From contig OZ220700.1 in the NCBI GenBank assembly GCA_965116725.1, forward strand, positions 628,923-692,922: 64,000 nt of DNA, written 5' to 3'. Of this stretch, positions 50,212 through 61,455 are shown piece by piece. The notes under the pieces are model-generated. The model saw only the letters and a list, made by a program, of their open reading frames with translations. It ran no database searches and was not told the origin of the DNA. Position numbers and translations under genes: made by a program. Within the stretch, counting starts at the first letter, position 1, and each line of letters opens with the position of its first letter. This DNA comes from Thermodesulfobacteriota bacterium. Its GTDB lineage: Bacteria > Desulfobacterota_D > UBA1144 > Nemesobacterales > Nemesobacteraceae.

Positions 50212-53200
50212 TCAGTTTCCGCTTACGCGTGCGAGATCTCGCTTGTTCTCTTCAAAAGCCGCCATAAGAGCTTCGTCACCCGAAAGACCGCTCTGTTGTG
50301 CGCGGTTTATGTGCTCGAGCATTCTCTTGTAGTCTTTCGGTATCACCTTAACGAATCTGGGAAGACTCCCGGACCAGTTCTCCAATATCCGCTGCGCTAC
50401 TTCACTTCCAGTGTACTCAAGGTGTTTCCTTATCATCCCAAGAAGTTCCGCTTCGTCATTCTCCTCCACGAATTCAAGGAACACGGATTCGGTATTGCAC
50501 CTTCCGTGGAAATCCCCCTCGGGATCGTAAACATACGCCATGCCGCCCGACATCCCGGCCGCAAAATTCCTCCCGGTCGAACCCAGCACCACGACGCGGC
50601 CCCCGGTCATGTACTCGCAGCAGTGATCCCCGACAGCCTCCACCACGGCGCGGACTCCGCTGTTTCTCACGCAGAACCTCTCCCCGGCAACACCTCTCAC
50701 GTAGGCTTCCCCTCCGGTGGCGCCGTAGAACGCTACGTTCCCGATTATTATATTCTCCTCCGCAACGAAGGTGGACTCTTTCGGCGGATAAATGATCATT
50801 TTCCCTCCAGAAAGCCCCTTTCCCGTATAGTCGTTCGAGTCACCCTCGAGAATAAGTGTCATGCTCTTGGGAACGAAGGCTCCGAAGCTTTGGCCCGCCG
50901 AACCAGAGAAATGAAGTCTTATCGTATCCTCCTCAAGCCCATCAAGGCCGTATCTTCTCGTAAGCTCGCTTCCGACTATGGTCCCCACAGTTCTGTTAAC
51001 GTTCTTTATGGGGACATCGGCACGGACCCGCTCTCCCTTTTCAATCGTCGGGCGGCATATATCCATCAGGACGGTTTCGTCAAGAGAGTTCTGTATGCCG
51101 TGGTCCTGTTCGATCTGGCAGTAGGTTCCCCAGTCCTCGGGAACTTCGGGACGGAAAAGAATGCTGTTTATATCTATGCCTTTGGCCTTCCAGTGATCAA
51201 GCGATTTTCTCATCTCGAGGCGGTCCGTTCTGCCTATCATCTCGTTTACGGTCCTAAAGCCCATCTTCGCCATTATTTCACGGAACTCTGCGGCGACAAA
51301 ATGCATGAAATCGACCACGTGCGCCGGATCTCCGGTGTATTTCTTTCGAAGCTCGGGGTTTTGCGTGGCAACTCCCACGGGACAGGTGTCAAGATGGCAG
51401 ACCCTCATCATTATGCATCCGAGAACTATGAGCGGGGCCGTGGAAAAACCGTACTCCTCTGCGCCCAGAAGGGCCGCGATGGCCACATCCCTTCCGGTTT
51501 TCATCTGACCGTCCGTCTCAAGAACCACCCTGCTTCTAAGGTTGTTAAGAACAAGCGTCTGATGCGTCTCGGCTATGCCCAGCTCCCAAGGAAGTCCCGC
51601 GTGGTGTATGCTGCTTTGCGGAGATGCTCCCGTTCCCCCAGAGGTTCCGCTTATGAGTATCACGTCCGCATGACCCTTCGCCACGCCGGCGGCTATGGTG
51701 CCGACGCCGACCTCGGAAACCAGCTTGACATTTATCCTCGCGTGCTTGTTCGCGTTTTTAAGATCGTAGATAAGCTGCGCCAGATCCTCGATCGAGTAGA
51801 TGTCGTGGTGCGGGGGCGGCGATATGAGGCCCACTCCCGGAGTCGAAAGCCTCACCTTGGCTATCCACGGGTAGACCTTTCTCCCGGGAAGCTGTCCCCC
51901 TTCACCCGGCTTCGCTCCTTGGGCTATCTTTATCTGTATCTCATCTGAGTTCACCAGGTATTCGCTCGTGACACCGAAACGGCCGGAAGCAACCTGCTTT
52001 ATGGCGCTTCTCCTGAGATCCCCGTTCGGATCGGGGGTATATCTGTCGGAATCTTCTCCCCCCTCGCCCGTGTTGCTCTTGGCTCCTATCCGGTTCATTG
52101 CGATCGCAAGGCTTTCGTGGGCCTCCTTGCTTATCGCCCCGTAGGACATAGCCCCCGTCTTGAACCTTCTGCATATGCTCTCGACCGACTCCACCTCGTC
52201 AAGCGGCACGGGATTGTCCGAGTACTTAAGCTCCATCAGGCCGCGGAGCGTAAAATGTTCCTTTTCCTCATCGTTTGCAAGCTTCGTGTATTCCTTGAAT
52301 TTCTCGTAGCTTCTCGCCTGGCAGGCTTCCTGAAGCTTGTGCACGGTGCGCGGGTGGTACATGTGACGTTCCCCGTCGGGCCTCCACCTGTAAACCCCTC
52401 CAGTCTCAAGCGTCGCAGTCTCGACATCCCTTTCTGCATAAGCCTTAGAGTGACGTTTTATCGATTCCTCCGCTATGACGTCAATTCCCACTCCCTGTAT
52501 ACGGGAAGCCGTCCATGTGAAGTATTTCCCGACAAACTCGGTATTTAGTCCGAGGGCCTCGAATATCTGGGCCCCGTGGTAGCTTTGCACCGTGGAGATA
52601 CCTATTTTGGACATTATTTTCACTATGCCCTTCACGAGACTCTTCACGTACCCGGAGACCGCTTCCTCGTAAGATATGCCCACAAGCATGTTCTGGTGGA
52701 TCATGCCGTTTAGGGTCTCGTAAGCCATGTAGGGGGCGACGGCGCTTGCGCCATAACCTATAAGAAGCGCCATGTGGTGAGTCTCCCTCGGTTCGCCCGA
52801 TTCAACGACGAGCGCCGTGCGCATTCTGTTTCCGTTTTTTATCAGATGGTGGTGAAGCCCCGAGACCGCCAGCAAGGCGGGAATGGGGGCGTTTTCCGCA
52901 TCAAAGCCCCTGTCCGAGAGAACCAGGATGTTGGCACCCTTTTCTATGAGTTCATCGGCGCGGACAAATATCCCGGAGAGCGCCTCCTCTAGCCCCTCGA
53001 CTCCCTTTTTGGGATCAAAAAGAGTGGGGATTACTTCGCAGCGGAACTTCTCCCCGTGAATGGTTTTCAGCTTTTCGATTTCCGGGTTCGTAAGAAACGG
53101 GGTCTCAAGTTCTAATTTCTCGGAGCTTTTCGCCTCGGGACGGAGTATGTTGGCCGTCTTGCCCAGCGTGACCATGGTCCCGGTTATAAGTTCCTCGCGT

Positions 53201-54810
53201 ATGGCATCAATAGCGGGATTTGTGACCTGAGCGAACATCTGCTTGAAATAGTTGTAAAGAAGCTTCGATTCGTCAGAGAGCGCCGCAAGCGGGGTATCGA
53301 CTCCCATGGCACCCACAGGTTCGACCGCGTTTTTCGACATCGGACCCAGGAGAATGCGCAGATCCTCGAAAGTGTAGCCGAAGACTCTCTGCCTCGTAAG
53401 AAGCGCTTCGGAGTCATACTCGGGCGGAGTCTCCGCCGGCTCTCCTTCCATAATCCCGGAGAAGCTCTCCATGTTCTCCCTGAGCCACTTTCCGTAGGGT
53501 TTTTCCGTTGAAAGTCTCTTCTTGAGTTCCGTGTCGCCAACGATGCGGCCTTCACGCGTGTCTATAAGAAGCATCCTTCCCGGGAGCAGGCGACCCTTGT
53601 AGCTCACCCTCTCGGGCGGTATGTCGAGGACCCCCACTTCTGAACCCAGCACCACGGTGTCATCCTTGGTAACGTAATATCTCGTGGGACGAAGCCCGTT
53701 TCTGTCAAGCACCGCTCCCACTTTCTCACCGTCTGTAAAAGCTATGGAAGCAGGACCGTCCCAGGGTTCCATAAGGCAACTGTGAAACCTGTAGAAATCC
53801 TTTTTCTCCTCGGACATGCTCTCGTGCTTTGACCACGGCTCGGGAATCATCATCATCACGGCGTGCTCTATCGAGTAGCCCGACAGGCAAAGAAATTCCA
53901 TCGCGTTATCAAAAGAGGCGGAATCGCTTCCCTCGGGAGCTATCACTGGGAAAATCTTTTCTATATCGTCGCCGTAGAACTCGGATTCCAAAACGGCCTG
54001 CCTTGAGTGCATCCAGTTTATGTTCCCACGAAGCGTGTTTATCTCGCCGTTATGTATCACGTATCTGTAAGGGTGAGCCCTGTCCCAGCTCGGAAACGTG
54101 TTCGTGCTGAAACGCGAGTGCACAAGCGCTATTGCGCTTTCCATGAGATCAGACATGAGGTCCGGGAAATAGGGCACAAGCTGCCAGGTAACAAGCATTC
54201 CCTTGTAAACTATTGTCCTCGACGAAAGGCTAGGCACATAGAAAGACTCGTCGCGTCCCGCAGTCTTTATTTCGTTCTCCGCGCGTTTTCTTATTATGTA
54301 GAGTCTTCTTTCGAAATCGTCCCCGGCGGGAGTGCCGTCTCCCCGGCCGATAAATATCTGCCTTATCCCGGGCTCACACCCAAGAGCGGTTGCGCCCAGA
54401 GAAGAGTTGTCGGTCGGAACGGCCCGCCAGCCCAAAACGCTCTGGCCTTCCTCGGTGACTATATCCTCAAGCCTCTTTTTCGTTTTCTTCTCAACAGATG
54501 GATCCGGAGAGAGAAATATCATTCCGACTCCGTAATCCTCTTCTGAAGGGAGGGTGACTCCCTCAGACTTCAAGGCATCGACGAAAAACGCGTGGGGTTT
54601 CTGGAACAGTATTCCGGCGCCGTCTCCCGTGTTCGGCTCGCATCCGCAGGCCCCGCGGTGCTCCAAGTTTTTTAGGACGGTTATAGCATCGCGGATTATG
54701 GAATTTGACCTCGCACCCTTAACGTTAACAACGAATCCTATTCCGCAGGAATCGTGCTCAAACGCAGGATCGTAAAGTCCTCTTTTTTCAGGAAGTTTCT
54801 TAAAATTCAT
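50212..54810 (-). CDS. gltB: Glutamate synthase large subunit
   Basis: 1532 aa. N-terminal amidotransferase Cys (HDSCGIGFV). FMN and GXGXG C-terminal domains. Confidence 0.95.
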   Translation of the reverse strand: MNFKKLPEKRGLYDPAFEHDSCGIGFVVNVKGARSNSIIRDAITVLKNLEHRGACGCEPNTGDGAGILFQKPHAFFVDALKSEGVTLPSEEDYGVGMIFLSPDPSVEKKTKKRLEDIVTEEGQSVLGWRAVPTDNSSLGATALGCEPGIRQIFIGRGDGTPAGDDFERRLYIIRKRAENEIKTAGRDESFYVPSLSSRTIVYKGMLVTWQLVPYFPDLMSDLMESAIALVHSRFSTNTFPSWDRAHPYRYVIHNGEINTLRGNINWMHSRQAVLESEFYGDDIEKIFPVIAPEGSDSASFDNAMEFLCLSGYSIEHAVMMMIPEPWSKHESMSEEKKDFYRFHSCLMEPWDGPASIAFTDGEKVGAVLDRNGLRPTRYYVTKDDTVVLGSEVGVLDIPPERVSYKGRLLPGRMLLIDTREGRIVGDTELKKRLSTEKPYGKWLRENMESFSGIMEGEPAETPPEYDSEALLTRQRVFGYTFEDLRILLGPMSKNAVEPVGAMGVDTPLAALSDESKLLYNYFKQMFAQVTNPAIDAIREELITGTMVTLGKTANILRPEAKSSEKLELETPFLTNPEIEKLKTIHGEKFRCEVIPTLFDPKKGVEGLEEALSGIFVRADELIEKGANILVLSDRGFDAENAPIPALLAVSGLHHHLIKNGNRMRTALVVESGEPRETHHMALLIGYGASAVAPYMAYETLNGMIHQNMLVGISYEEAVSGYVKSLVKGIVKIMSKIGISTVQSYHGAQIFEALGLNTEFVGKYFTWTASRIQGVGIDVIAEESIKRHSKAYAERDVETATLETGGVYRWRPDGERHMYHPRTVHKLQEACQARSYEKFKEYTKLANDEEKEHFTLRGLMELKYSDNPVPLDEVESVESICRRFKTGAMSYGAISKEAHESLAIAMNRIGAKSNTGEGGEDSDRYTPDPNGDLRRSAIKQVASGRFGVTSEYLVNSDEIQIKIAQGAKPGEGGQLPGRKVYPWIAKVRLSTPGVGLISPPPHHDIYSIEDLAQLIYDLKNANKHARINVKLVSEVGVGTIAAGVAKGHADVILISGTSGGTGASPQSSIHHAGLPWELGIAETHQTLVLNNLRSRVVLETDGQMKTGRDVAIAALLGAEEYGFSTAPLIVLGCIMMRVCHLDTCPVGVATQNPELRKKYTGDPAHVVDFMHFVAAEFREIMAKMGFRTVNEMIGRTDRLEMRKSLDHWKAKGIDINSILFRPEVPEDWGTYCQIEQDHGIQNSLDETVLMDICRPTIEKGERVRADVPIKNVNRTVGTIVGSELTRRYGLDGLEEDTIRLHFSGSAGQSFGAFVPKSMTLILEGDSNDYTGKGLSGGKMIIYPPKESTFVAEENIIIGNVAFYGATGGEAYVRGVAGERFCVRNSGVRAVVEAVGDHCCEYMTGGRVVVLGSTGRNFAAGMSGGMAYVYDPEGDFHGRCNTESVFLEFVEENDEAELLGMIRKHLEYTGSEVAQRILENWSGSLPRFVKVIPKDYKRMLEHINRAQQSGLSGDEALMAAFEENKRDLARVSGN

Positions 54811-54958
54811 ATAACTGTCCGCCTGTTGTGTTGTTATGAAAAAACAACGCGAGAACTAATGCCGGCGTAAGCAACCTCTTCAGACGCCATCGTGTAATTA
54901 TAACATAAATCCGAAACTCCGCACACGCACCTCCCGCGGTTATAATAAACGAGGAAAG

Positions 54959-55300
54959 ATGACAATTAATCCCCGGGAAATCAAAGAGAAAAAAGAACCT
55001 GAAAGCATAATCCTCTCTTTCCACATGGAGTCAAGCGCGACTTTGTGGAACAGGATATTCGAGGGTTTTTCCTCCGAGATGGTCCTCGTGAGCAGATTCG
55101 AGGGAAAGGACAAAAAGGCTCTCGATATACTCTACAGATTCGGCTCCATCGTCGCGGAAAAATACGGGAAATGCGCCATAGAACCCAAGGTCTACGGAAT
55201 AGTCATAAAAAAAGACGTAAGCGACGAACCCGAGGAGACGATAAACGAATGGATGGACCTGATGCGCAGGCTTCGCCATGAAATAATCGAGGTTCTCTAA
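54959..55300 (+). CDS. Hypothetical protein (113 aa)
   Basis: ORF with a plausible RBS (GAGGAAAGATG). No recognisable motif. Overlaps the 3' end of convergent birA by 4 nt. Confidence 0.3.
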   Translation: MTINPREIKEKKEPESIILSFHMESSATLWNRIFEGFSSEMVLVSRFEGKDKKALDILYRFGSIVAEKYGKCAIEPKVYGIVIKKDVSDEPEETINEWMDLMRRLRHEIIEVL

Positions 55301-56115
55301 AAAACAGTATCTCCCGTAATCACCTTGCGAAGATCGCCTTCATCCGTTCTCAGATAAAGAAATCCATTTGCATCGACGCGTTCCACGACTCCGCTTACAA
55401 CCTCTCCCGAGACGTCTACGGATATCTCCTTTCCAATAAATCCCCACATCCCGATCCACGTATCCACAATCGCCCCTGTCCCGCGGCGGAGGAACTCCCC
55501 GTAGAACCGGTCAAGGGCGTTAATAAGCTCCGCGCAGAACTTCTCCCTGTTAACTTCCTCTCCGAGGAGTATAGAAAGAGAAGTGGTTTTCTCTGAAATA
55601 TCCTCCATTTCGCGGCGGATGAATTCCTCAGGCAAATTGAGATTAACCCCGATGCCGATCACGAGATAGTCGATAGCGCCGCCGGAGGTTCCAAGTTCCG
55701 TGAGCACCCCCGAAATTTTCTTTCCGCCGACAAGAATATCGTTCGGCCACTTTATCTCGGCGTCCACGCCGTAAGCTGAGAAAACTTCGACAAGGGCGCA
55801 GGACGCAAGGAAGGTAAAGACGGAAGATCTCTGCGGGGAGACCTCCGGGCGAAACAAGGCGGAGAGATAAAGATTCATGCCCCCAGGAGATACCCATTTC
55901 CGCCCAAGCCGTCCCCTGCCCCCGGTCTGCGAATCGGAAACCACTACCGTTCCGTCCGCGTCAGAGCCTTCCGCTACGAGTTCACGCAGGACGTCATTTG
56001 TGGAACCTATCTCATTGAAAACAAAAAGCTGCCCGCCAACTTTTTCCGCCTGAAGATGTTTTTTTATTCTCGAAATTTCCATGCAGATAAAGCACCACTT
56101 TTGCGCGATATTCAA
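55297..56115 (-). CDS. birA: Biotin--[acetyl-CoA-carboxylase] ligase (group I BirA, no DNA-binding domain)
   Basis: BPL catalytic core (GRGRLGRKWVSPGG). C-terminal SH3-like domain. Confidence 0.8.
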   Translation of the reverse strand: MNIAQKWCFICMEISRIKKHLQAEKVGGQLFVFNEIGSTNDVLRELVAEGSDADGTVVVSDSQTGGRGRLGRKWVSPGGMNLYLSALFRPEVSPQRSSVFTFLASCALVEVFSAYGVDAEIKWPNDILVGGKKISGVLTELGTSGGAIDYLVIGIGVNLNLPEEFIRREMEDISEKTTSLSILLGEEVNREKFCAELINALDRFYGEFLRRGTGAIVDTWIGMWGFIGKEISVDVSGEVVSGVVERVDANGFLYLRTDEGDLRKVITGDTVF

Positions 56116-56159
56116 GTATTATAGTCGGAACTCCGGCTCAAGAAAAAAACCCCGGTTCC

Positions 56160-56765
56160 GTGAAACAACTTCTTTCGAAAAACCTTGCGATACCGTTTGC
56201 CGCCTACGGGGTGGTGATAGCAGCGATCATAGTCTCAAGAGCCGCGATTGGCCGTGAGTACGCCCTTTTGCTCTCGGCGGGGTTCATGCTCTGGGTTCCG
56301 TTTCTGCTTGACCGCGGCGCGATGGATGTTTTGAGATTCGATCTGCGGGGGCTGGTTCGGGGAGCGGGAATTTCTATTGCGGTGCTTTTTTCCTACCTGG
56401 TATGCCTATATCTTTTTTCAGCCTACTTGGGAAAAACAGTCAAATTCGTTGAACCGACGGCGCTTTTCATGCTCACGCACCTTGTAGTTATCGCGTTTCC
56501 CGAGGAGTTTTTCTTCAGGGGATACCTTCAGAGAACTCTCGGAGGCGGATGGGGCGCGATTATTGCGGCAAGCGTGCTTTTCGCCTTGGCGCATCTTCTC
56601 GTGATCTGCGTATTCTCCGGTGGGGGCTACTGCGCGCAGAACATCCTCACCTTTTTCCCTTCGCTTGTCATGGGGTATCTATACATGAGAACCGGAAACA
56701 TCTGGTCAAGCGTTTTCTTTCACTTCGCCGCAAATATCGTTTACCTGTCTTTTAGACTTGCTTAG
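56160..56765 (+). CDS. CPBP (CAAX protease / Abi) family intramembrane metalloprotease
   Basis: Motif 1 EEFFFRGYLQ. Motif 2 FALAHL. Motif 3 HFAANI. Confidence 0.7.
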   Translation: MKQLLSKNLAIPFAAYGVVIAAIIVSRAAIGREYALLLSAGFMLWVPFLLDRGAMDVLRFDLRGLVRGAGISIAVLFSYLVCLYLFSAYLGKTVKFVEPTALFMLTHLVVIAFPEEFFFRGYLQRTLGGGWGAIIAASVLFALAHLLVICVFSGGGYCAQNILTFFPSLVMGYLYMRTGNIWSSVFFHFAANIVYLSFRLA

Positions 56766-56836
56766 TCGGAGTCTCCCTTAAACCCGCAAGCCGTAGAATT
56801 CTCGAAATATCCTGCGGTTACAAGTATAATTTTCAG

Positions 56837-58576
56837 ATGAAACAGTTGCGGACCGGGCTCTCCCAGATCAACCCAAGCGTGGGGGACATAACCGGAAACA
56901 CGAAGAAAATAACCAAAGTGATCGAGACGGCGCGAGGTCTCGACATAGACATTTTGTGTTTCCCCGAGCTTTCCGTGACCGGCTATCCCCCCGAGGATCT
57001 TCTTCTTAAACCCGAGTTCATCGACGACAACATCCGGGCGCTTGACGAAATAAAGAAGCACTGTCCGGACAACATGGTCGTCATAGTGGGCTTTGTCGAT
57101 AAAAAGGACGACATATTCAACTCGGCAGCCGTAATCCAGAGAGGAGAACTAATCGACGTATACCACAAACTCCGCCTTCCCAACTACGGAGTGTTCGACG
57201 AGAACCGCTATTTCCAGTCAGAAAGACGGTTTCCCGTTTACTCCATGGGAAAGATGACTTTCGGGGTCACGATCTGCGAGGACATATGGTATCCCGGAGA
57301 ACCTATAAGAAGCCAGGTTCTGCTAGGAAACGCCCAGATCATATTCAACCTCTCTGCTTCACCCTACTACATGGGGAAACCTCTTGCGAGGGAAAGGATG
57401 CTCGCCACAAGGGCGGTTGATTACAACACAATAATAGCCTACTGCAACATGGTCGGCGGGCAGGACGAGCTTGTGTTTGACGGAAACAGCATGTTCATAG
57501 ACGAAAAAGGCAATATCGTCGCCACCGCGCGACACTTCGAAGAAGACCTGCTGGTCTGCGACGTTAATACCGAGAGGGTTTACAAATCAAGGCTTAACAC
57601 TCCGACCATAAGAAAGACAAGATATGAGCTCTCCTTCGAGGAAAACCAGCTGGAAACATTCACGCTTAAGTCTACGAAAACAAAGCGGAAAGTGAAAATC
57701 CCGGGGAAACAGACTGATCCTTCAGGAAATCTTCTAAAATGCGCCTTCTCGGCACTTGTCCTCGGCACCGGGGATTACATAAGAAAAAACGGTTTTGAAA
57801 AGGTGGTGCTCGGGTTAAGCGGCGGGATAGATTCTTCGCTTACAGCCGTCATTGCCACAGAAGCCGTCGGACCCTCAAAAGTCGTCGGAGTTTCCATGCC
57901 TTCAATGTACAGTTCCAAGGGAAGCGTCACCGACGCGAAAAAGCTCGCGCGCAATCTCGGAATCGAGCTTTTAAGCATTCCCATAGAAGACGTTTTCAGG
58001 TGCTACGAGGAAATGTTCGCCGAGTTTTTCTCCGGAATGGAGTCAGACGTAACGGAAGAGAACATCCAGGCAAGGATAAGAGGAAATATCCTCATGGCGC
58101 TTTCAAACAAGTTCGGGTGGCTCGTGCTTGCCACATCGAACAAAAGTGAACTCGCGGTCGGCTATTCTACCCTCTACGGCGACATGTCAGGGGGATTTGC
58201 GGTGATAAAGGATGTGCCCAAGGCCATGGTTTACGAACTCTCTCATTATTACAACCGTCTTCGGGGAAAACAAATAATACCGAAATCGGTAATCGAAAAG
58301 CCCCCTTCAGCCGAACTTCGCCCAGACCAGAAAGACACCGACTCACTTCCCGAATACGACACGCTCGACAGGATACTGAAAGCTTACGTGGAAGACGGCC
58401 TCGGGGTCGACGACATAGTAAAGCTCGGGGAGAAAAGAAGCGTGGTGCGGAGAGTAATCAGAATGGTAAATACGAACGAGTACAAAAGAAGGCAGAGCGC
58501 GCCGGGGGTAAAAATAACGTCGCTTGCCTTCGGAAAGGACCGCCGCTTCCCGATAACCAACCTCTACAAGAAGTAA
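56837..58576 (+). CDS. nadE: Glutamine-dependent NAD+ synthetase (nitrilase domain + NAD synthase domain)
   Basis: 579 aa. N-terminal CN-hydrolase domain (catalytic Cys in FGVTICED). C-terminal PP-loop SGGIDSS. Confidence 0.9.
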   Translation: MKQLRTGLSQINPSVGDITGNTKKITKVIETARGLDIDILCFPELSVTGYPPEDLLLKPEFIDDNIRALDEIKKHCPDNMVVIVGFVDKKDDIFNSAAVIQRGELIDVYHKLRLPNYGVFDENRYFQSERRFPVYSMGKMTFGVTICEDIWYPGEPIRSQVLLGNAQIIFNLSASPYYMGKPLARERMLATRAVDYNTIIAYCNMVGGQDELVFDGNSMFIDEKGNIVATARHFEEDLLVCDVNTERVYKSRLNTPTIRKTRYELSFEENQLETFTLKSTKTKRKVKIPGKQTDPSGNLLKCAFSALVLGTGDYIRKNGFEKVVLGLSGGIDSSLTAVIATEAVGPSKVVGVSMPSMYSSKGSVTDAKKLARNLGIELLSIPIEDVFRCYEEMFAEFFSGMESDVTEENIQARIRGNILMALSNKFGWLVLATSNKSELAVGYSTLYGDMSGGFAVIKDVPKAMVYELSHYYNRLRGKQIIPKSVIEKPPSAELRPDQKDTDSLPEYDTLDRILKAYVEDGLGVDDIVKLGEKRSVVRRVIRMVNTNEYKRRQSAPGVKITSLAFGKDRRFPITNLYKK

Positions 58577-58585
58577 AAGGACAAA

Positions 58586-58846
58586 TCACTTAAGCGAGAG
58601 AATAAACTCAGATAGGCTCTCAATGGTCTCAAGGATCCCGGGGGAAACCTCGGACTCGTCAATTGAGACCCCAAACTCCTCTTCAAGCTCCATAATGAAT
58701 TCAAGCGTCGAAACGGAATCGACACCAACTCCAAGCTCAATCAGCGACTGCTCAGCCAATATATCCTGAGGACTGATGTCGAGATTGAACTTGCCGACAA
58801 CAAGCCGCCTTATTTTCTCCCCAAGAACTTCTTTTCGCTCGGTCAC
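58586..58846 (-). CDS. Acyl carrier protein-like (stand-alone carrier protein)
   Basis: 86 aa. Phosphopantetheine attachment motif LGVGVDSVSTLEFIME. Its start overlaps the stop of the upstream ligase by 4 nt. Confidence 0.7.
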   Translation of the reverse strand: MTERKEVLGEKIRRLVVGKFNLDISPQDILAEQSLIELGVGVDSVSTLEFIMELEEEFGVSIDESEVSPGILETIESLSEFILSLK

Positions 58847-60288
58847 TTAAGTTTCTCCCTAAGCACTTTGCCTGCCGGGCTTCTCGGAAGTGCGTCTACG
58901 AATTCCATCTTCGCGGGAATCTTGTAGTCAGAAATCTTTCCTCTGCAGAAGCTGACAACTTCCCGCCTCGTGAGTCCGTCTGCGACGATAAAGGCCTTTA
59001 CCTCTTCCCTGCCCCCGGCTCCAGGGGTTCCTATCACCGCAGCTTCCGTTATTTTCCCGTGAGTCACAAGCAGGTTTTCAACTTCAAACGGGTCAACCTT
59101 GTTTCCAGAGATGTTGATGAAAAGCTTCTTTCTTCCGCGAATGAAAAGATACCCGTCGCCGTCGAACATTCCGAGATCCCCGGTGTGGTAAAAACCGTCG
59201 ACAAAAACCCTCTCGGTCTCTTCCGGAAAATCAACGTAGCCGTCTGTCATGGAAGGGCTCCTTATTATTATCTCGCCGATCTGCCCGACCGGAAGTTCGC
59301 CCCCGGTTTCCGAGACCACCCTTATAACGACGTTTTCGACCGGTACTCCGACTGAAAGACGCTTCTCCTCTATGTTCTCCGCGATATTAATTGCCATCAC
59401 CCCGGTCTCGGAGGAACCGTAGAGCTGGCGGGGATAGACACCGAAAGCCCGGTGGAAGGAAAAAAAGGTTTCCTCGGGCAGGGGAGCCCCGGCGGAAATA
59501 ACGTGCTTTAACCGCGGAAAATCATAATCCCCACGGCTCGCGCTTCGAGCGAGGGTCTCCAGCATGAACGGGACAGCGGGAAAGACCGTTATCTGTTCTT
59601 CTTCCAGCGCGCCGAGAACCTCCTTTCTGGTAAACCTCGGGAGGAAATAACAGCACGCCCCGACGCTTACTGCGCTCACGAAGTTCCCGAGACCATATGT
59701 ATGCGATATCGGAATCGAAAAAAGGACCCTGTCCCCGCTCTCCCAGTTTATTGTGGCAGTGTGATTCCGGGCAAGGGCGATCATGTTGGCGTGGCTTCTC
59801 GCAACGCACTTGGGCTTTCCGGTTGAGCCAGTGGAAAAAAGGTAGATGGCTTTCTCCGAAGGATGATTTCCGGGCGGATCCGCGGGAGCGTCGCCAAGAA
59901 AGTTGTCCCGGGTCACGCAAACGGTGGTTATGCCTCCGGAAACGGCGTTCACGGTATGCGCAAGAGATTCGTCCGTAACGATCAGGGCCGGCTTTGAGAA
60001 CTCAAGGTAGTGTCTCATCTCCTCGGTTCCGCAAGCGCTGTCAATTGGAACGCAGGCAGCTCCAAGTCTCGCTATCGAGAAAACAGATACGGCAAGGAAA
60101 AGTGAATTGGGAAGAAAAACGCACACATTATCCCCCGGCGACACCCCCCGCTCCAGGAGAAACGAGGAAAAGCCGTCAACAAAGCCGCAGAGTTGCGCGT
60201 AGCTGTAGATTTCTCCTTGATACCAGACGGCCGCTCCCTGGGGATTTCGCTCCAGGTTTGAATAAAGTATTTCGCAGTAGTTTCTCAT
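58843..60288 (-). CDS. Adenylate-forming enzyme (AMP-dependent synthetase/ligase; acyl-ACP/CoA ligase-like)
   Basis: AMP-binding motif LFSTGSTGKPKCV. A8 hinge and C-terminal subdomain. The start was taken at an internal Met to avoid overlap with argC. Confidence 0.8.
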   Translation of the reverse strand: MRNYCEILYSNLERNPQGAAVWYQGEIYSYAQLCGFVDGFSSFLLERGVSPGDNVCVFLPNSLFLAVSVFSIARLGAACVPIDSACGTEEMRHYLEFSKPALIVTDESLAHTVNAVSGGITTVCVTRDNFLGDAPADPPGNHPSEKAIYLFSTGSTGKPKCVARSHANMIALARNHTATINWESGDRVLFSIPISHTYGLGNFVSAVSVGACCYFLPRFTRKEVLGALEEEQITVFPAVPFMLETLARSASRGDYDFPRLKHVISAGAPLPEETFFSFHRAFGVYPRQLYGSSETGVMAINIAENIEEKRLSVGVPVENVVIRVVSETGGELPVGQIGEIIIRSPSMTDGYVDFPEETERVFVDGFYHTGDLGMFDGDGYLFIRGRKKLFINISGNKVDPFEVENLLVTHGKITEAAVIGTPGAGGREEVKAFIVADGLTRREVVSFCRGKISDYKIPAKMEFVDALPRSPAGKVLREKLK

Positions 60289-60295
60289 CGCCCCG

Positions 60296-61342
60296 TCACG
60301 GGAAAAGAGGAACTTGTCCGAGCCCGGTGTCCTCGGGAAATCCAAAGACTATATTCATGTTCTGAACCGCCTGGCCCGCGGCTCCCTTCATGAGATTGTC
60401 AAGAACCGAGACGATGACAAGGTGCCCTTCCCGCTCGCAGAAACCCAAAGAGATATAGTTGGAACCGGAAACAGACGCCATTCCGGGCGGCTCGTCGCAG
60501 ACCCGGACGAAAGCATCATCTCTGTAGAACCCGGCGTAAAGTTCCCTTACCTCATCGGGGGAGATCTCCGAGCGGAGCCTGAGATACGAAGTGGCCATTA
60601 TCCCCCTTTTAACCGGAATACGTGTATTGAAGAAAAGCAGTTTCTTCCTCACGCCGCAGAAATCGGAGAACACGCAAAGAATTTCATGCTTCTGGTCATC
60701 CCCTCCCGCTCCACGGGCGGATACGTCTTCCTTTACCTCGGTGTAATGACTCTCGGGTTTCGGCGCCCGTCCCGAAGTCGAAAGAGAAGACTTTATGTCC
60801 ACTATAATATCGTTTTCCGCTTCATACTCTTTAAGGAAAGGCACTACCGCGAGTGAAACGCATGTAGAGTAGCAGCCCGCGTTAGCGACTAAGGAGGCGT
60901 TTTTTATTCTCTCGCGGTTAAGCTCGCTAAGTCCGTAGACCGCCTGCGGGAGAAGTTCGGGAAAGCGCGGCGCCACGCCGTGAGCCCGGGAGTAGTCAGC
61001 AGGGTCAGAGAATCTTAAGTCGGAACTGAGATCGATCACCCTTACGCCCTTCTCAAGGAACTTCCGTACGAAAACAGAAGAAGTGCCCCCGGGAAGACAG
61101 GAGAACAGAAGATCGAGAGGTTCTGAATCAGGAATTTTCGATACGGGGCTTAGGATAAGATCCGAGTAGCCCAAAAGATGCGGAAACGCCTCATCCGCCC
61201 TCCTGCCCGAGAACTTCTCAGACGTAAGCACCCGCAGGTCAATGTTAGGGTGGCGCGCCAGAAGGGAAAGAAGCTGCTGGCCGACATAACCCGTAACTCC
61301 CAGAATTGCCGTCTTGAGTTTCATCTTCTCTTGGGAAACCAA
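60296..61342 (-). CDS. argC: N-acetyl-gamma-glutamyl-phosphate reductase
   Basis: 348 aa. ILGVTGYVGQQLL Rossmann. Catalytic Cys in ANAGCYST. Conserved C-terminal DNLMKGAAGQAVQNMN. Confidence 0.85.
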   Translation of the reverse strand: MVSQEKMKLKTAILGVTGYVGQQLLSLLARHPNIDLRVLTSEKFSGRRADEAFPHLLGYSDLILSPVSKIPDSEPLDLLFSCLPGGTSSVFVRKFLEKGVRVIDLSSDLRFSDPADYSRAHGVAPRFPELLPQAVYGLSELNRERIKNASLVANAGCYSTCVSLAVVPFLKEYEAENDIIVDIKSSLSTSGRAPKPESHYTEVKEDVSARGAGGDDQKHEILCVFSDFCGVRKKLLFFNTRIPVKRGIMATSYLRLRSEISPDEVRELYAGFYRDDAFVRVCDEPPGMASVSGSNYISLGFCEREGHLVIVSVLDNLMKGAAGQAVQNMNIVFGFPEDTGLGQVPLFP

Positions 61343-61455
61343 GCTGTTCGTCGCAAACCCACCTTGATTAATATGGGACTTGCTACCATTAATATAGCTT
61401 TAAAAGCGGAAGGGAAAAACCGGGTTCAGCGGAAAAAAGAGGCTGGCCTCCGTCC

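Noticed and set aside
58843-61342. argC + adenylating ligase + ACP as a single novel LysW/ArgC-like carrier-protein pathway
   Set aside because: The 348-aa protein carries all canonical ArgC motifs, including the catalytic Cys region and the C-terminal signature. The carrier is a classic 4'-phosphopantetheine ACP rather than a LysW-type acidic carrier. Plain arginine biosynthesis is the parsimonious reading. The ligase-ACP pair is kept as a separate finding.
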